The notes beneath the pieces were generated by a model. The model had not been told where the DNA came from. It saw nothing but the letters and a program-made list of their open reading frames with translations, and made no database searches. Positions 13,138-26,299 of a stretch of DNA of 64,000 bases are shown piece by piece; the stretch's first letter is position 1; each line of letters opens with the position of its first letter. The position numbers and the translations under genes were made by a program. Source of the DNA: the human T2T-CHM13v2.0 reference genome, Homo sapiens; assembly GCF_009914755.1 (NCBI RefSeq), contig NC_060930.1; one strand, written 5' to 3'.

Positions 13138-16086
13138 ACAATAGAGAATAATCAAATAGACATAATAAAAAATGATAAAAGGGATATTACCACCGATCCC
13201 ACAGAGATACAAACTACCATCAGATAATACCATAAACACTCCTACACAAATAAACTAGAAAATCTAGAAGAAATGGATAAATTCCTGGACACACACACCC
13301 TCCCAAGACTAAATGAGGATGAAGTCGAATCCCTGAATAGACCAATAACAAGTTCTGAAATTGATGCAGTAAATAATAGCCTGCCAACCAAAAAAAGTCC
13401 AGGACAAGACAGATTCACAGCCGAATTCTACCAGAGGCACAAAGAGGAGCTGGTACCAATCCTTCTGAAAGTATTCCAATCAATAGAAAAAAAGGGACTC
13501 TTCGCTAACTCATTTTATGAGGCCAGCATCACCCTGATACTAAAACTTGTCAGAGACACAACAAAAAAAAGAAAATTTCAGGCCAATATCTCTGATGAAC
13601 ATCATTGTGAAAATCCTCAATAAAATACTGGCAAACCATATCCAGCAGTGCATCAAAAAGCTTATCCACAAAGATCAAGTTGGCTTCATTCCTGGGATGC
13701 AAGGCTGGTTCAACATACGCAAATCAATAAACATAACCCATCACATAAACAGAACCAATGACAAAACCACATGATTATCTCAATAGATACAAAAAGGCCT
13801 TTGAGAAAATTCAACAGCCATTCATGATAAAAACTCTCAATAAACTAGGTATTAATGGAACATATCTGAAAATAATAAGAGCTATTTATGGCAAACCCAC
13901 AGCCAATATCATACTGAATGGGAAAATGCTGGAAGCATTCCTTTGAATACCAGCACTAGACAAGGATGCCCTCTCTCACCACTCCTATTCAACATAGTAT
14001 TGGAAGTTCTGGCCAGGGCAATCAGGCAAGAGAAAGAAATAAAGGGTATTCAAATAAGAAGAAATGAAGTCAAATTGTCTCTGTTTGCAGATGACATGAT
14101 TGTATATTTAGAAAACCCCATTGTCTCAGCCCAAAATCTCCTTAAGCTGATTAGCAACTTCAGCAAAGTCTCAGGACACAAAAACAATGTGCAAAAATCA
14201 CAAGCATTCCTATACACCAATAATAGACAAACAGAGAGCCAAATCATGAGTGAACTCCCACTCACAATTGCTAGAAAGAGAATAAAATATCTAGAAATAC
14301 AACTTACAAGGGATGTGAAGGACTGCTTCAAGGAGAACTACAAACCACTGCTCCAGGAAATAAGAGAGGACACAAACCAAAGGAAAAATATGCCATGCTC
14401 ATGGAAAGGAAGAATGAATATCATGAAAATGGCCATACTGCCCAAAGTAATTTATAGATTCAGTGCTATCCCCATCAAGCTACCATTGACTTTCTTCACA
14501 GAATTAGAAAAAAAAAACTACTTTAAATTTCATATGGAACCAAAAAATAGCCCATATAGCCAAGACAATCCTAAGCAAAAAGAACAAGCCTGAAGACATC
14601 ATGCTACCTGACTTCAAACTATACAACAAGGCTACAGTAACCAAAACAACATGGTACTGGTACCAAAACAGATATATAGAACAATGGAACAGAACAGAGG
14701 CCTCAGAAATAATACCACACATCTACATCCATCTGATTTTTGACAAACCTGACAAAAACAAGCAACGGGGAAAGGATGCCCTATTTAATAAATGGTGTCG
14801 GGGAAACAGGCTAGCCATATGCAGTAAACTGAAACTGGACCCCTTCCTTACACCTTATACAAAAATTAACTCAAGACAGATTAAAGACTTAAACGTAAGA
14901 CCTAAAACCATAAAATTCCTAGAAGAAAACCTAGGCAATACCATTCAGGACATAGGCATGAGCACAGACTTCATAACTAAAGCACCAAAAGCAATGGCAA
15001 CAAAAGCCAAAATTGACAAATGAGATCTAATTAAACTAAAGAGCTTCTGCACAGCAAAAGAAACTATCGTCAGAGTGAACAGGCAACCTACAGAATAGGA
15101 GAACATTTTTGCAATCTATCCATCTGACAAAAAGCTAATATCCAGAATCTAGAAGAACTTAATCAACTTTACAAGCATAAAACAAACAACCCATCAAAAA
15201 GTGGGCGAAGGATGTGAACAGGCACTTCTCCAAAGAAGACATTTATGCAGCCAACAGACACATGAAAAAATGCTCATCATCACTGGTCATTAGAGATACG
15301 CAAATCAAAACCACAATGAGATACCATCTCAGGCCAGTTACAATCACAATCATTAAAAAGTCAGGAATCAACAGATGCTGGAGAGGATGTCGAGAAATAG
15401 GAACGCTTTTACACTGTTAGTGGGAGTGTAAATTAGTTCTACCATTGTGGAAGACAGTGTAGCTATTCCTCAAGGATCTAGAACTAGAAATACCATTTAA
15501 CTCAGCAATCCCATTACTGGGTATATACCCAAAGGATTATATATCATTCTACCATAAAGACACATGCACACATATGTTTATTGCAGTAATTTTCACAATA
15601 GCAAAGACTTGGAACCAACCCAAATGCCGATCAATGATAGACTGGATAAAGAAAATGTGGTACATAAACACCATGGAATACTATGCAGCTATAAAAAAGG
15701 ATGAGTTCATGTCCTCTGCGGGGACATGGATAAAGCTGGAAACCACCATTCTCAGCAAACTAACACAGGAACAGAAAAGCAAACACCACATGTTCTCACT
15801 CATAAGTGGGAGTTAAACAGTGAGAACACATGGACACAGGGAGGGGAACATCACACACTGGGGCCTGTCAGGGAGTGGGGGCTAGGGGAGGGATAGCATT
15901 AGGAGAAATACCTAATGTAGATGATGGGTTGATAGGTGCAGCAAACCACCATAGCACGTGTATACCTATGTAACAAACCTGCACGTTCTGCACATGTATC
16001 CCAGAATTTAAAGTATAATAAAAAATAAATAAATATAAAAATAAATAAATAAAAATAAAAGAAAACCGTGTTCAAGCTAAAAAAAA
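13138..16086 (+). mobile_element. 5'-truncated L1PA7 (about 2.9 kb)
   Basis: ORF2 fragments, PA7-type 3'UTR (ctaacacaggaacagaaa, gtagatgatgggttgat), poly(A). TSD aaaagtttcttctc (13124-13137) / aaaaggttcttctc (16087-16100). Confidence 0.93.
13273..15816 (+). pseudogene. Disrupted L1 ORF2 (Z domain, reverse transcriptase, Cys-rich C-terminus)
   Basis: Frameshifted pieces [47 protein letters not shown] (RT catalytic motif), NRCWRGC...TLLHC, with multiple stops and frameshifts. Confidence 0.9.
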
Positions 16087-18259
16087 AAAAGGTTCTTCTC
16101 TTAAATCAACTGAATTTTATTTCCTGCTGCATGAGACCTTAAAACTATACTGATAAATATGCAAACACATTTTTTTCTGGAAATTATTAGGAATTATGAG
16201 AAACTACTAAAAGTGGAAAACACTGGGGAAACGGTCCAGGGACAGCAGGGAGCCACAATTCTTAATGTTATACTTTTGTATACTCTTTAATTTGTCTAAG
16301 CTTTAGATTGTTGGTACAGAGTATGGGAGAGTTGTGTCTGAGGCCTTCATTTAAGGACAAGGTTAGAGATTAAACAGTGAAAATCTACTTGGAACAGACA
16401 GAATATAGGGTTGGTAATGGTGTCAATCATAGTTATTATAATGATGTTAAGGAATTTTGAACAAAAAACTAAAATTTCTGAAGGCGAAAGAGAAGCAGTA
16501 GAACAAAACAAAGAATTATTATTTTAAAAAATCCCCTTTGGTAAATCAATACAGTGTACCTACACCAAATCTTGTCTCAGATAAGATAAGCAGGATAGAA
16601 GAGCACACCTAAAACAAAAGTATTATTGGACCGTCCTCTAGGTCTTTTTCAAAGAAGTACTAGATGTTTTGTCTCATCTCTCACCAATACAGATAAAGGC
16701 AAGCCTTCTCATTCTCCTTCCCAAAGCCTTAAACTCAAAAGAAAGATTGTAGGTTTCCATCAATCTTCAGTTACAAAGTTATTTTTTAGATATCTTTAGC
16801 AACCAATGCATAGCTTTTTTTTTACTAGCTCCTGTTCAGATGTATTGTGAATTAAACTATTGATAATATTTTAGAGAAGAAATATTAATTGATGTACTTT
16901 AAGAAATGTGACTCAATTGATAAGTTACTTTTAACAAGTCACTAATGGAAGCTTTTGGTCATCAAGACATTTGTGCTAAATAAGAAACGAGCTCTTGACG
17001 TTTCTTGTTGTAGGAAAAGAGTATGCCTTTCTCTTTTCAAGTAATAACTCAGGAAAAATTGTATTTGCTAAGAATCAAAACACTTAAATATGCCTAGATT
17101 ATTTAAATTTTATTATCTGTGAACATAGGCAAATATACTGATATTTTTCTGCTCTTATAAATCCCTTTAAACTATATCATGTCATACATACATATAGAAA
17201 ATAATTTCTTTTAAAAATCTAATGAATTCCCAATACCTGAATGCACTTCCAAATATTTTGTGGATTTTTAAAAAGAACTTTTATTATAAGTTCCCAGTAT
17301 CTAGCTTTCACTGTAACAAAACTAAAAAATAAAAAAAGACTTGCCTTTTGTATTGTCGAGGCATCATGAGTCACTTTATTTGAGGCATAACTAGTGGCAC
17401 TAAAGGCCCCCACCCCTTATTTTTTTCACTGAGAGGCCTTCTACTCCTTGTTTATGTAAAATTTACAAAGATTGGTGCAAAGCTGATAGCTGACAGCAAC
17501 ATGATGGATGAAAGGCAAAAGTATATTTCTTCAGCATAATATTTACCTTTAATGAGAAATCTATAACTATTCCCACCTGCATATTGGTTTTTAAATATTA
17601 TCAAGGAAAACAGGTGATATACAGTTACATTCCCGGCCAGAAATATTTAAAAATTATAGTAATATCAACATGACTTCTACAAATTCAGTTTTGTTAGGCC
17701 AAAAGAATTCTTTTCTTTAGATTTGTTATGGTAGGAATATGAGCTTTTCTGTCATATAAATAAGATTATCTTCAAATAAAAGATTCAATTGCAATTTTTT
17801 TATTGAAGTAAAAAAAATGATCTGGGCTTTTTCTACATGTTAACCATTACATTTAGAGTTAAATCTAAAGAGCAAAGCAACATTCAGGCAACAGAATAGC
17901 ACCTGCCTTCTTCCTTACGAGTATAATTTGCTTCTATGATTCTAAAATTAATACTAGAACAACAAGGCAGCAGCGAAAAACATCTTTACAAAAAGACACC
18001 TGCAAAATGTATTTTTTTAATTCTGATTTCTGGTAGACAATATAAATCATTACCTATTTGTGTCACATTAAGTTTTGTAATTTTGAGAAAATTTTGGGAA
18101 CACATTACTCATTGCATATAATATCTTGATTGGAAAAATGTTCCTGAAAAGCAAGCATTCATGATAAATGCAGATACGATTTTCCTTTAAGGTGTACTTT
18201 TTAAAGTATGCAAAATTTGCGTTTGAAGTACCAATGCCTTTCAATCAAAGACTAACAGA

Positions 18260-18700
18260 AACATATCTGTAATTGAACAAATTTGTATTTATTCACTTAT
18301 TGCAAAGGAAAAAGCACATCATAGGAGATGTGGGATGTCTTAGTAAGAAAGTGTTAAGAAGGACTTGTTATAGGATTGTGGCTTGTGTTAGGCAAGTTTG
18401 GAAAAGCGTTCAGGTAGCAGGGCTCTGTTGTAGAACAGATGCTGTCCAGAAAACTTTTTTCTAGGAGCTGAGAAGAATACAGTGGGACTTAGGCTGTGAC
18501 TTGGCAAAAAAGCAAAAGTTACTCATATTAGCTAGGACAGAGAGATCTTTAGTTGTATTTTGGCTTGGACAATGTTTATGATTTTTACAAATTGATATTG
18601 TGTTTGTCTTAATCCATCATCGTTATATAGTGGCCTTCTCTGTGAAATTATTAATGTTAAATAAGAAAACATCACAGCCAGCTGTAAGTGTGCCAGGCCT
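18260..18700. mobile_element. Probable old ERV LTR fragment (family not assigned)
   Basis: LTR-like composition (tttattcacttattgcaaagg...cttgttataggattgtggcttg...). I cannot name the family confidently. Confidence 0.3.
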
Positions 18701-18815
18701 ATCTCTTCCGGCAGGGTCCACTTTTTCCTTTATCAGAAAAAAATTCCTTCATTGAGAAGGCTCTTATATTCCCCAAATGATACATTAAGGCAATTAACGA
18801 TGTCAAAATACCACT

Positions 18816-20404
18816 TAATGATGGCAGCCATGGCCCATGTAGAGTGGCTGCTGCCATGACACCAGCTTCAGTTGTGGAGGCATGGCCAGGGTTGTGTGCT
18901 CCAGGGAGCTTGCAGGAGCCAGGAGCAGGCAGGAGCCCTGCCCTCCTGGGCATAGCTGCAGCCACCCAACTCACAGCTGTGGACCCAGGACTCCCCGTAC
19001 TCTTGGGGGCCAGGAGCAGGCAGAAACCCCCCTGCCCTCCCAGGTGCAGCTGTAGGCACCCAAGCTGTGGCTGTGGACCTGGGCATCTCTACACTCTCAG
19101 GGACTGGGAAGGACCCCACTGCAGGCTCAGAGGTGTCTGTTACCACTGCCTGGCCTCTCCCCACTCCCGGTGCCCACTCTGATATCCAAGCAAGTTTGAG
19201 ACTGAGCCCAGGCCCTGTCACTGCCCACTTGAGTGTACATACACTCAGGGCAGCACTGAAACACCAGCCCACTGGTGCATCAGCCCCCTCCACACTTTGG
19301 GCACTGACAAGCATGGGAAGGAGGTCAAGGGGGTGTTGAGGGCAGCTCAGTGCTGACCTGCAGGTGCCCCTTGGTATGAACAGCCTAAGCACCGTGAACA
19401 GCAGCATATGAGGCACACTGGCTCTTGGGTGGAAGGAGGCAGGTCCCACATGAAGCCCCACCTTCAAATCAGGGAGATCCTGAAGCCTGGGGGCTGGGCT
19501 GCTGGTCCCATAGACTGGAATGGGAACTTGTGGTGCTTTTTCTGGGCCCACCCATGGCCACCTATGGACCAATTGGCATATTCTTCCTCCCCTCTGTGGC
19601 CCATAAAAGCCCAAAACTCAGCCAGACTCGAGGAAACAGCAAGATGACCAGCTGAGAAGAGCTACCCACCCCATGGTCTCCTCTCTGCTAAGAGCTGAAC
19701 ACTCAGGACACTCTGCCTGCAAAGAGGAGCTACCCAATGTGGGTCTCCTCTGAGCTGCTCTGCCACTCAATAAAGCTCCTCTTCACCTTGCTCTCCCTCC
19801 ACTTGTCTGCATACCTCATTCTTTCTGGATGCAGGACAAGAACTCAGGACCAGCCAAATGGCGGGACTAAAGAGCTGCAACACAAACGCAGCTGAAATAC
19901 ACCCCTTGCTCAGCACCTTGCAGATGACAAGAAGGAGAGAAGAGAGAAGGAGAGAAGAGCTGTGCCCCTTCAGGGAGCCTAGACCTAGGAACTCTGAGAG
20001 GCAGGGCTGTGACACCCTCTTTGAGGCTGTGAGGTTCTTGGCATCTCCAAGCTTCCAGGCACCACCACGTTCCCTGGTCATAACCGTGGAAGCTGCTTGT
20101 GGTATGCCTGGTCCAGCCACAGCATCACAGGGAGCCGGTGCCTGTGCCAGCACCTGTAGCTGCCCACCTCATCACAGCTGGTGTGCCTAGCTGTGCACAA
20201 TGGCCAGACCCTACACTCACTCACACATCCCTCACCACTCCATACCTGGCTGGCCCCTGACTTGCCAGTAGCACAAGCCAAGTGCAGCCTGCCAGGCCAA
20301 GTGGGTGGAAAAAGCCCATTGGCCTTGAGCAAAACTCGGGGAAAGGCGCCACTGGCGACAGAGGTTTCTGGCAGGTGAAGCGACACCCCAAAGATCCTGT
20401 AACA
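18816..20404 (+). mobile_element. MER52A-type ERV1 solo LTR (about 1.6 kb, GC-rich)
   Basis: Start (atggcagccatggccc...gagtggctgctgcc) and end (gaggtttctggc..gaagcgacaccccaaagatcctgtaaca) resemble MER52A. CCAAT at 19569, CATAAAA at 19602, AATAAA at 19769. TSD not clean. Confidence 0.85.
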
Positions 20405-20547
20405 TTTACATCTTTCAATTATGTATATTCTTTACAAATTCTTTTGTAACAATATTCTTTGGACAATTTATGTAATATAAAGATTTATAAATATTAATTA
20501 CAAAAGTAAATTTTACTAATGAAGTATTTGCATGCTATAAAAATGTT

Positions 20548-20660
20548 AACAGCTTTATTAAGGTATAATTGACATATAATAAACTGCACATATTCAAATG
20601 TATCATCACATAAGTTTTGATGTATGTGTGCACCTTTATCATCATCACTAATAATGCATT
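20548..20660 (-). mobile_element. L1MB/ME 3'-end fragment
   Basis: cagctttattaaggtataattgacatataataaactgcacatattcaaatgta is a classic antisense old-L1 3' end. Confidence 0.7.
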
Positions 20661-20872
20661 CACCTCTATAAGTACAATTAATTTTTTAAAGTATTTCCTT
20701 AAGAAAATGATATTTACCTAATAAACATAACTATATTAATTTTCTTTCTTCTATATTCTAAATCTGTCATTTATTGAGTTTATTTTCTACCAAATAAAAT
20801 GATTGACCAGAATATAGCCCTGGGTAACAAAATCACTAGAGAGAAAAGTCAGCAGTAACAGCGGATAGTAGA

Positions 20873-21130
20873 GGCCAGGCAAGGTGGCTCATGTCTGTAA
20901 TCCCAGCACTTTCAGAGGCCAAGGTGGGCAGATCACTTGGGTCCAGGATGGTGAAAGCTCGTCTCTACTAAAAATACACAAATTAGCAGGGCCTGGTGGC
21001 AAACACCTGTAGTCCTAGCTACTTGGGAGGCTGAGGCAGAAGAATCACTTGAATCCAGGAGGCTGAGGTTGCAGTGAGCCAAAATCACACCACTGCACTC
21101 CAGCCCAGGCAACAGAGCAAGGCTCTGTCT

Positions 21131-21160
<30 letters not shown>
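20873..21160 (+). mobile_element. AluS with about 25-bp deletion of the B box
   Basis: gatcacttgggtccaggatggtgaaa lacks aggtcaggagttcgagaccagc. Tail of about 30 A. Degenerate TSD gcggatagtaga / gtggataataga. Confidence 0.9.
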
Positions 21161-21163
<3 letters not shown>

Positions 21164-21249
21164 GGATAATAGAAATTCACTGACCTTTTTCAGCCAGGAA
21201 GAATATGGTGTTCCTCTTAAGCCATGTGAGAAAAATTTCACTTTATCAT

Positions 21250-22700
21250 GTTAGTTGCAAGTGTAGAAATTGTCTGGCTGATTTAAGAAGAATAGGATTA
21301 GAAATAGTTCACAGAATCACCTGGAATACTGGGTAAACAAGCTCAGAAATTGGTCCAAACCAGGGAGGCTGTACTTCAAGCCCCACTGAAAAAATCTGCC
21401 ATTGCTGAACCTGGAGATTAGATGTTGCCACCAGTGTAGCCATCACTCACCACTATCAGGAGAAATTCAGCCCCGATATTTCACATAGGTTCTTTTCTAT
21501 TTTCCCCAAGTGTCTGTCGGCTGGTCTGAGAAATAAAGTGACAGAGTACAAAAGAGAAAAATTTTAAAGCTGGGTGTCCGGGGAAGACATCACATGTCAG
21601 CAGGTTCTGTGATGCCCCACAAGCCGCAAAACCAGCAAGTTTTTATTAGTGATTTTCAAAAGGGGAGGGAGTGTACGAATAGGGTGTGGGTCACAGAGAT
21701 CACATGCTTCACAAGGTAATAAGATATCACAAGGTAAATGGAGACAGGGCAAGATCACAGGACCACAGGACCGGGGTGAAATTAAAATTGCTAATGAAGT
21801 TTTGGCACACTTTGTCATTGATAACATCTTATCAGGAGACAGGGTTTGAGAGCAGACAACCAGTCTGACCAAAATTTATTAGGTGGGAATTTCTTCGTCC
21901 TAATAAGCCTGGGAGCGCTATGGGAGACTGGGGCTTATTTCATCCCTACAGCTGCAACCGTAAAAAACAGCCACCCCCAAAGCGGCCATTTTAGAGGTCT
22001 ACCCTTAGGGACACATTATCAGGGATGTTCCTTGCTGAGAAAAAGAATTCAGCGATATTTCTCCCATTTGCTTTTGAAAGAAGAGAAATATGGCTCTGTT
22101 CTGCCCAGCTCACTGGCGGTCAGTTTAAGGTTACCTCTCTTGTTCCCTGAACACTGCTGTTATCCTGTTCTTTTTTTCAAGGTGCCCAGATTTCATATTG
22201 TTCTAACACACATGCTCTACAAACAATTTGTGCAGTTAACGCAATCATCACAGGGTCCTGAGGTGACATACATCCTCCTCAGCTTACGAAGATGATGGGA
22301 TTAAGAGATTAAAGTAAAGACAGGCATAGGAAATCACAAGGGTATTGATTGGGGAAGTGGTAAGAGTCCATGAAATCTTCACAATTTATGTTCAGAGATT
22401 GCAGTAAAGACAGGCGTAAGATATTATAAAAGTATTAATTTGGGGAACTAATAAATGTCCATCAAATCTTCACAATTTATGTTCTTCTGCCATGGCTTCA
22501 GCTGGTCCCTCCGTTCAGGGTCCCTGACTTCCCGCAACACACCACCACCTTGCTTCTTTCCATCAATGTTCAGGGTGGGTGCATCTGAGCAGCCAAGCCT
22601 AGGTCAGGTGGTCACGCTCAGGTTTCAAAGAGGCACTGGCAAACGTGAGCATTCATGTTTTCAGCCTTGGATTTAGGTAGCAAATTCTGCTTTTCACTAA
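21250..22700. mobile_element. Old MLT1 (N2/L-like) LTR interrupted by MER11C
   Basis: MLT1-like segments on both sides of MER11: cacagaatcacctggaa...; gggtgggtgcatctgagcagccaagcctaggtca. Confidence 0.4.
21454..22539 (-). mobile_element. MER11C solo LTR (HERV-K11/HML-8)
   Basis: Reverse complement starts TGTTGCGGGAAGTCAGGGACCC; 1086 bp long with the internal ~87-bp tandem duplication. Perfect 6-bp TSD CACCAC at 21448-21453 and 22540-22545. Confidence 0.92.
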
Positions 22701-24409
22701 GACATAAGATAATTTCCCCCACACTACAAACGGGAAATGTGGTGCAGGTTATGGATAGGAAACAGTTAAGTGGCAATTTTCCACTACAGAGTCTAAAATG
22801 AGGTCACTTACAGATTAATTGGAAAAAGGTATTTTGAAAGAGGAAATAGGCATCAGCAGTCTGTCTCATTGTGTGGTTAAATTTAAAAATCTGGTAGTAA
22901 TATCCAAAGTAGCTGCTGAATAGAATGCTTGCCTCCTGACTGTCAGTTATCCATTCAGGTAAATGAAAAGTAGACCAGGATCAACACAGGCCCCATAGTT
23001 CATCTTATTAAATATTTCCTTTGCCAGCTCAGCAGGGACTCCATGGTGACTCCCACTCCTTTGAGCACAGTGCTGTGTTCTGTCCCACCCACTCCTCATT
23101 TCCAGCTCACAAAGACACTGTGTAGCCCATGTGACCTAAGGCAATGAATCTGCAATATCAACTTCAGTTCTCAGCTGCTTCAGAGCCACACTAGCATAAC
23201 TGGGAAATACCTGCATCTCATCAATAATGAATGGCACATGGATCTATACTAAGGCTTTATATCCACCTTCAAAAAGAGAGAAGCTTAATTGTTAATATGC
23301 CTCACTCTGTGGTGCTTGACTGTACTGTTTCATTTCTCCCTCTTGATAGTCTAGTGAGCTTGAAGGAGGCTGGATCTTCAAGTACGTTGAACAATGGGCC
23401 CAGCTGTGAGCCCTGGAGAGAGTAATCCAGGTATGAGTATGTTGAAAATAGCAAACCATGCCATATTGTAAAGGAGTCTCTAGCAATTGAAACCACATTT
23501 ACTGGGTCTCTTGTCAGATGCCAGAATTTACCTCCACTAGATCACCAGCCCATCATCTTAAGTAAAAGAAAGAAATCCCTCAACCTTGTGAGGAGTACAC
23601 TGTTTATGAAGAAAGGCTGTTTTCTCCCTCCTCCAAGAGCAGGAGAGATAATATTCTTCTTCTCCTAATCCAAAGAAAGTGGGAAAGGGACAAAGAAAGT
23701 GGAGAAAAAAGGCTCAAAGATATTGGGGTTTTCTTCAATAAGGGAGGACTAAAATTTCACTCTTTATTGCATAGCTTAGGCAGTAGGTTTAATAAATTCT
23801 CTGTACCACATCTAGCACAGGAGAAAAAAAACTTGGGTCAGTTGGTCTGGAGGGGAAACTACCATATGGAAAGATGATCAGTACCACACTCTTAACTTTC
23901 CAACTCCTAGCTTCCAGAGACTATGGAATGAATCCGTGGATCCATCATGTCTGTAAAGAGGATAGAAGAAATGAAGTGCCAAGACTAGACTGCATAGCAA
24001 ACAAGGAGGCACATGTGTCATAGCAGGTGTTGAGATGTCACTACTTGGAGTTCAGTAGGGACAGGCAGCCCATCTCCTTAGGATTCCAGGATCTCCACGG
24101 AGGCAGGCCACTCATCAGTGGAGCACATTGGTGCTACCTCCAATTCATGTCCAAATAAAATGAACTACAGCAGCAGTTAAAGTCAAACAAAAAGCAATGT
24201 TTGCAGTTTTCTCTTTCTACCTTCCAAAACAAAACAACAGGAAGTAGTCCCAAGGAGAAAATGCAATCTGGGAAAGTGAGAGGACAGTGGAGGCAGTTTT
24301 CAGAAAGCTCTGTTCTAAGAGTAGAATTAAAGTTTTTAAAGGGTATAAATAATGAAGGAACATTTAAAAAGCTAGCATTGTTAAAGTTTTCTGTCTAAAA
24401 ACAAATTAA

Positions 24410-25590
24410 GACTTTATTATTACTTTTTTTAAAAAAAGCAGTATTAGGTTCACAGTAAAATTAAGAGGAAGGTACAGAGTTCCCATATGCTCTCTGCTTT
24501 CCCACACTATCAACATCCTGCACCAAGTGGTAGATTTGTTACAACTGATGAACCCATATTGACACATTATTACCCAAAGTTCATGGTTTACATTAAAGTT
24601 CACTCTTGTGCAAGGTGGGTTTGGACAAATGTATACTAATGATATGCATTATAGTATTACACAGAGTATTTTCACTGCCCTTAAAAATTCTCTGTCCTCT
24701 ACCTATTCATCCCTCCCCCTCCAACTCTTGGCAACCACTGCTGTTTTTACTTTCTCCATAGTTTTGCATTTTCCAGAATGTCATATATTTGGAATCATAT
24801 AGCATGTAGACTTTTCAGATTGACTTCTTTCACTTAGTAGTGAAAGAAGTAGTAGTATGCATTTAAGTTTTCTCCATGTATTTTTGTAGCTTGTTAGCTT
24901 ATTTTTTTTTGCACTGAGTAATATTTCATTGACTGGAGGCAACACTGTTTATTCACCGACTAAAAGACATCTTGATTGGCTCAAAGTTTTTGCAAGTATG
25001 AATAAAACTGCTATAAACATCCATGTGCAGGTTTCTGTATGGATATAAGCTTTCACCTCCTTTGGGTAAACACTAAGGAGAGGGATTGCAGTGTTGTATG
25101 GGTAACAGTTAAGTGTAGTTTTGTAAGAAACTGACAAACTGTCTTCCAAAGTGGGTGGTACCATTTTGCATTCCCATCAGCAATGAATGGGCTTCGTCGT
25201 TGCTTCACATTTTTGCCAGCATTTTTTGTTAGCAGTGTTGTGGATTTTGGCCATTTGATAGGTTTGTAGTGATGTCCCATTGTCATGTCATCTTAATCTT
25301 GCCTTTCCCTGATGACGTAGACATGCAATATCTTTTCATATGCTTATTTGCCATCTGTATATCTTCTTTGGTAAGGTTCTATGGAGGTCTTTGGCCCATT
25401 TTTCATTGGGTTGTTTATTATTTTATTTTTGAGATTTTATTTTATTACTTTATTTTTAAGTGTTCTTTATATATTCTGGAAACAGGTTTTTTTTTAATCA
25501 TATATATCTTTCACAACTATCATCTCCCAACTTCCCATTCTCTTGGCAGTATCTTCCACAGAGCAGAAATTTTAAATTTTCTTCATGAAC
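24410..25590 (-). mobile_element. L1MC1-type 3' fragment
   Basis: gcagtattaggttcacagtaaaattaagaggaaggtacagagttcccata 3' end. ORF2-tail remnants in ORFs 24949-25164 and 25053-25286. Confidence 0.8.
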
Positions 25591-25712
25591 TGTTTTGTGT
25601 CATAGACTCCTGTGCAGATACGATAATTGTGTTAGAATGTTTGTTCAGATGAAGACCCCACACACAAACACATTTGGTGGGGGTAATGGTAGTTCACAGA
25701 CTTTTTGTAATC

Positions 25713-26079
25713 TGTTTTACTCAGTTCAAAATGCTATAACAAATTGCCTAAGACTGAGTAGCTTAAACAACAAACATTTATTTCTCATAGTTCTGGAGTC
25801 TGGGAAGTCCAAGATCAAGCTACCTAGCAATTTGGTATCTGGTGAGGCTTTTCTTCCTGGTTTGCAAATAATCATCTTCTTGCTGAGTCCTCACATGGCA
25901 GAAAGCAGAGAAACAAGCTTTCCCATTTCTCTTCTTAAAATGTACTAATCCTATCATAAGGGCTCCAATTGAGGATGTAATTACCTCCCAAAGGCCCCAC
26001 CTCCTAATACCATCTCATTGGGTGTTAGGTTTCAACATATGTATTGTGAGAGGGGGTTATAAATATTTAGTCCATAACA
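25713..26079 (-). mobile_element. MLT1A solo LTR
   Basis: gctataacaaattgcctaagactgagtagcttaaacaacaaacatttatttctcatagttctggag...tacctcccaaaggccccacctcctaatacc...tccataaca. Confidence 0.8.
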
Positions 26080-26299
26080 AGGACCTTTATAGACTATTTG
26101 GGGGTTCTCAGACCTCAGTTTATGAAGATCATATCTATTATTCCTCTTGAATAATATAATTATTTTCTGTCACTGGAGAGGAAAATAGGAAGATGACTGA
26201 TCTGATTATTATATCAGGATCTGCACAAAAGCAGTTCTTCTGTACAGAATACTTTGCCCAGCTTTACTAATTTATCAGGATTCTGCTCAGAATCCATAC

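Noticed and set aside
13273-15816. Reverse transcriptase-encoding ORFs as an active or novel RT system
   Set aside because: Ordinary 5'-truncated L1PA7 ORF2, broken by stops and frameshifts.
18868-19614. 248-aa ORF, the longest in the window, and overlapping ORFs to 20418
   Set aside because: They lie wholly inside the GC-rich MER52A LTR, where stops are rare in several frames. No recognisable domain.
22312-22485. ~87-bp direct tandem duplication
   Set aside because: As I recall, this is an intrinsic feature of MER11B/C LTRs rather than locus-specific.
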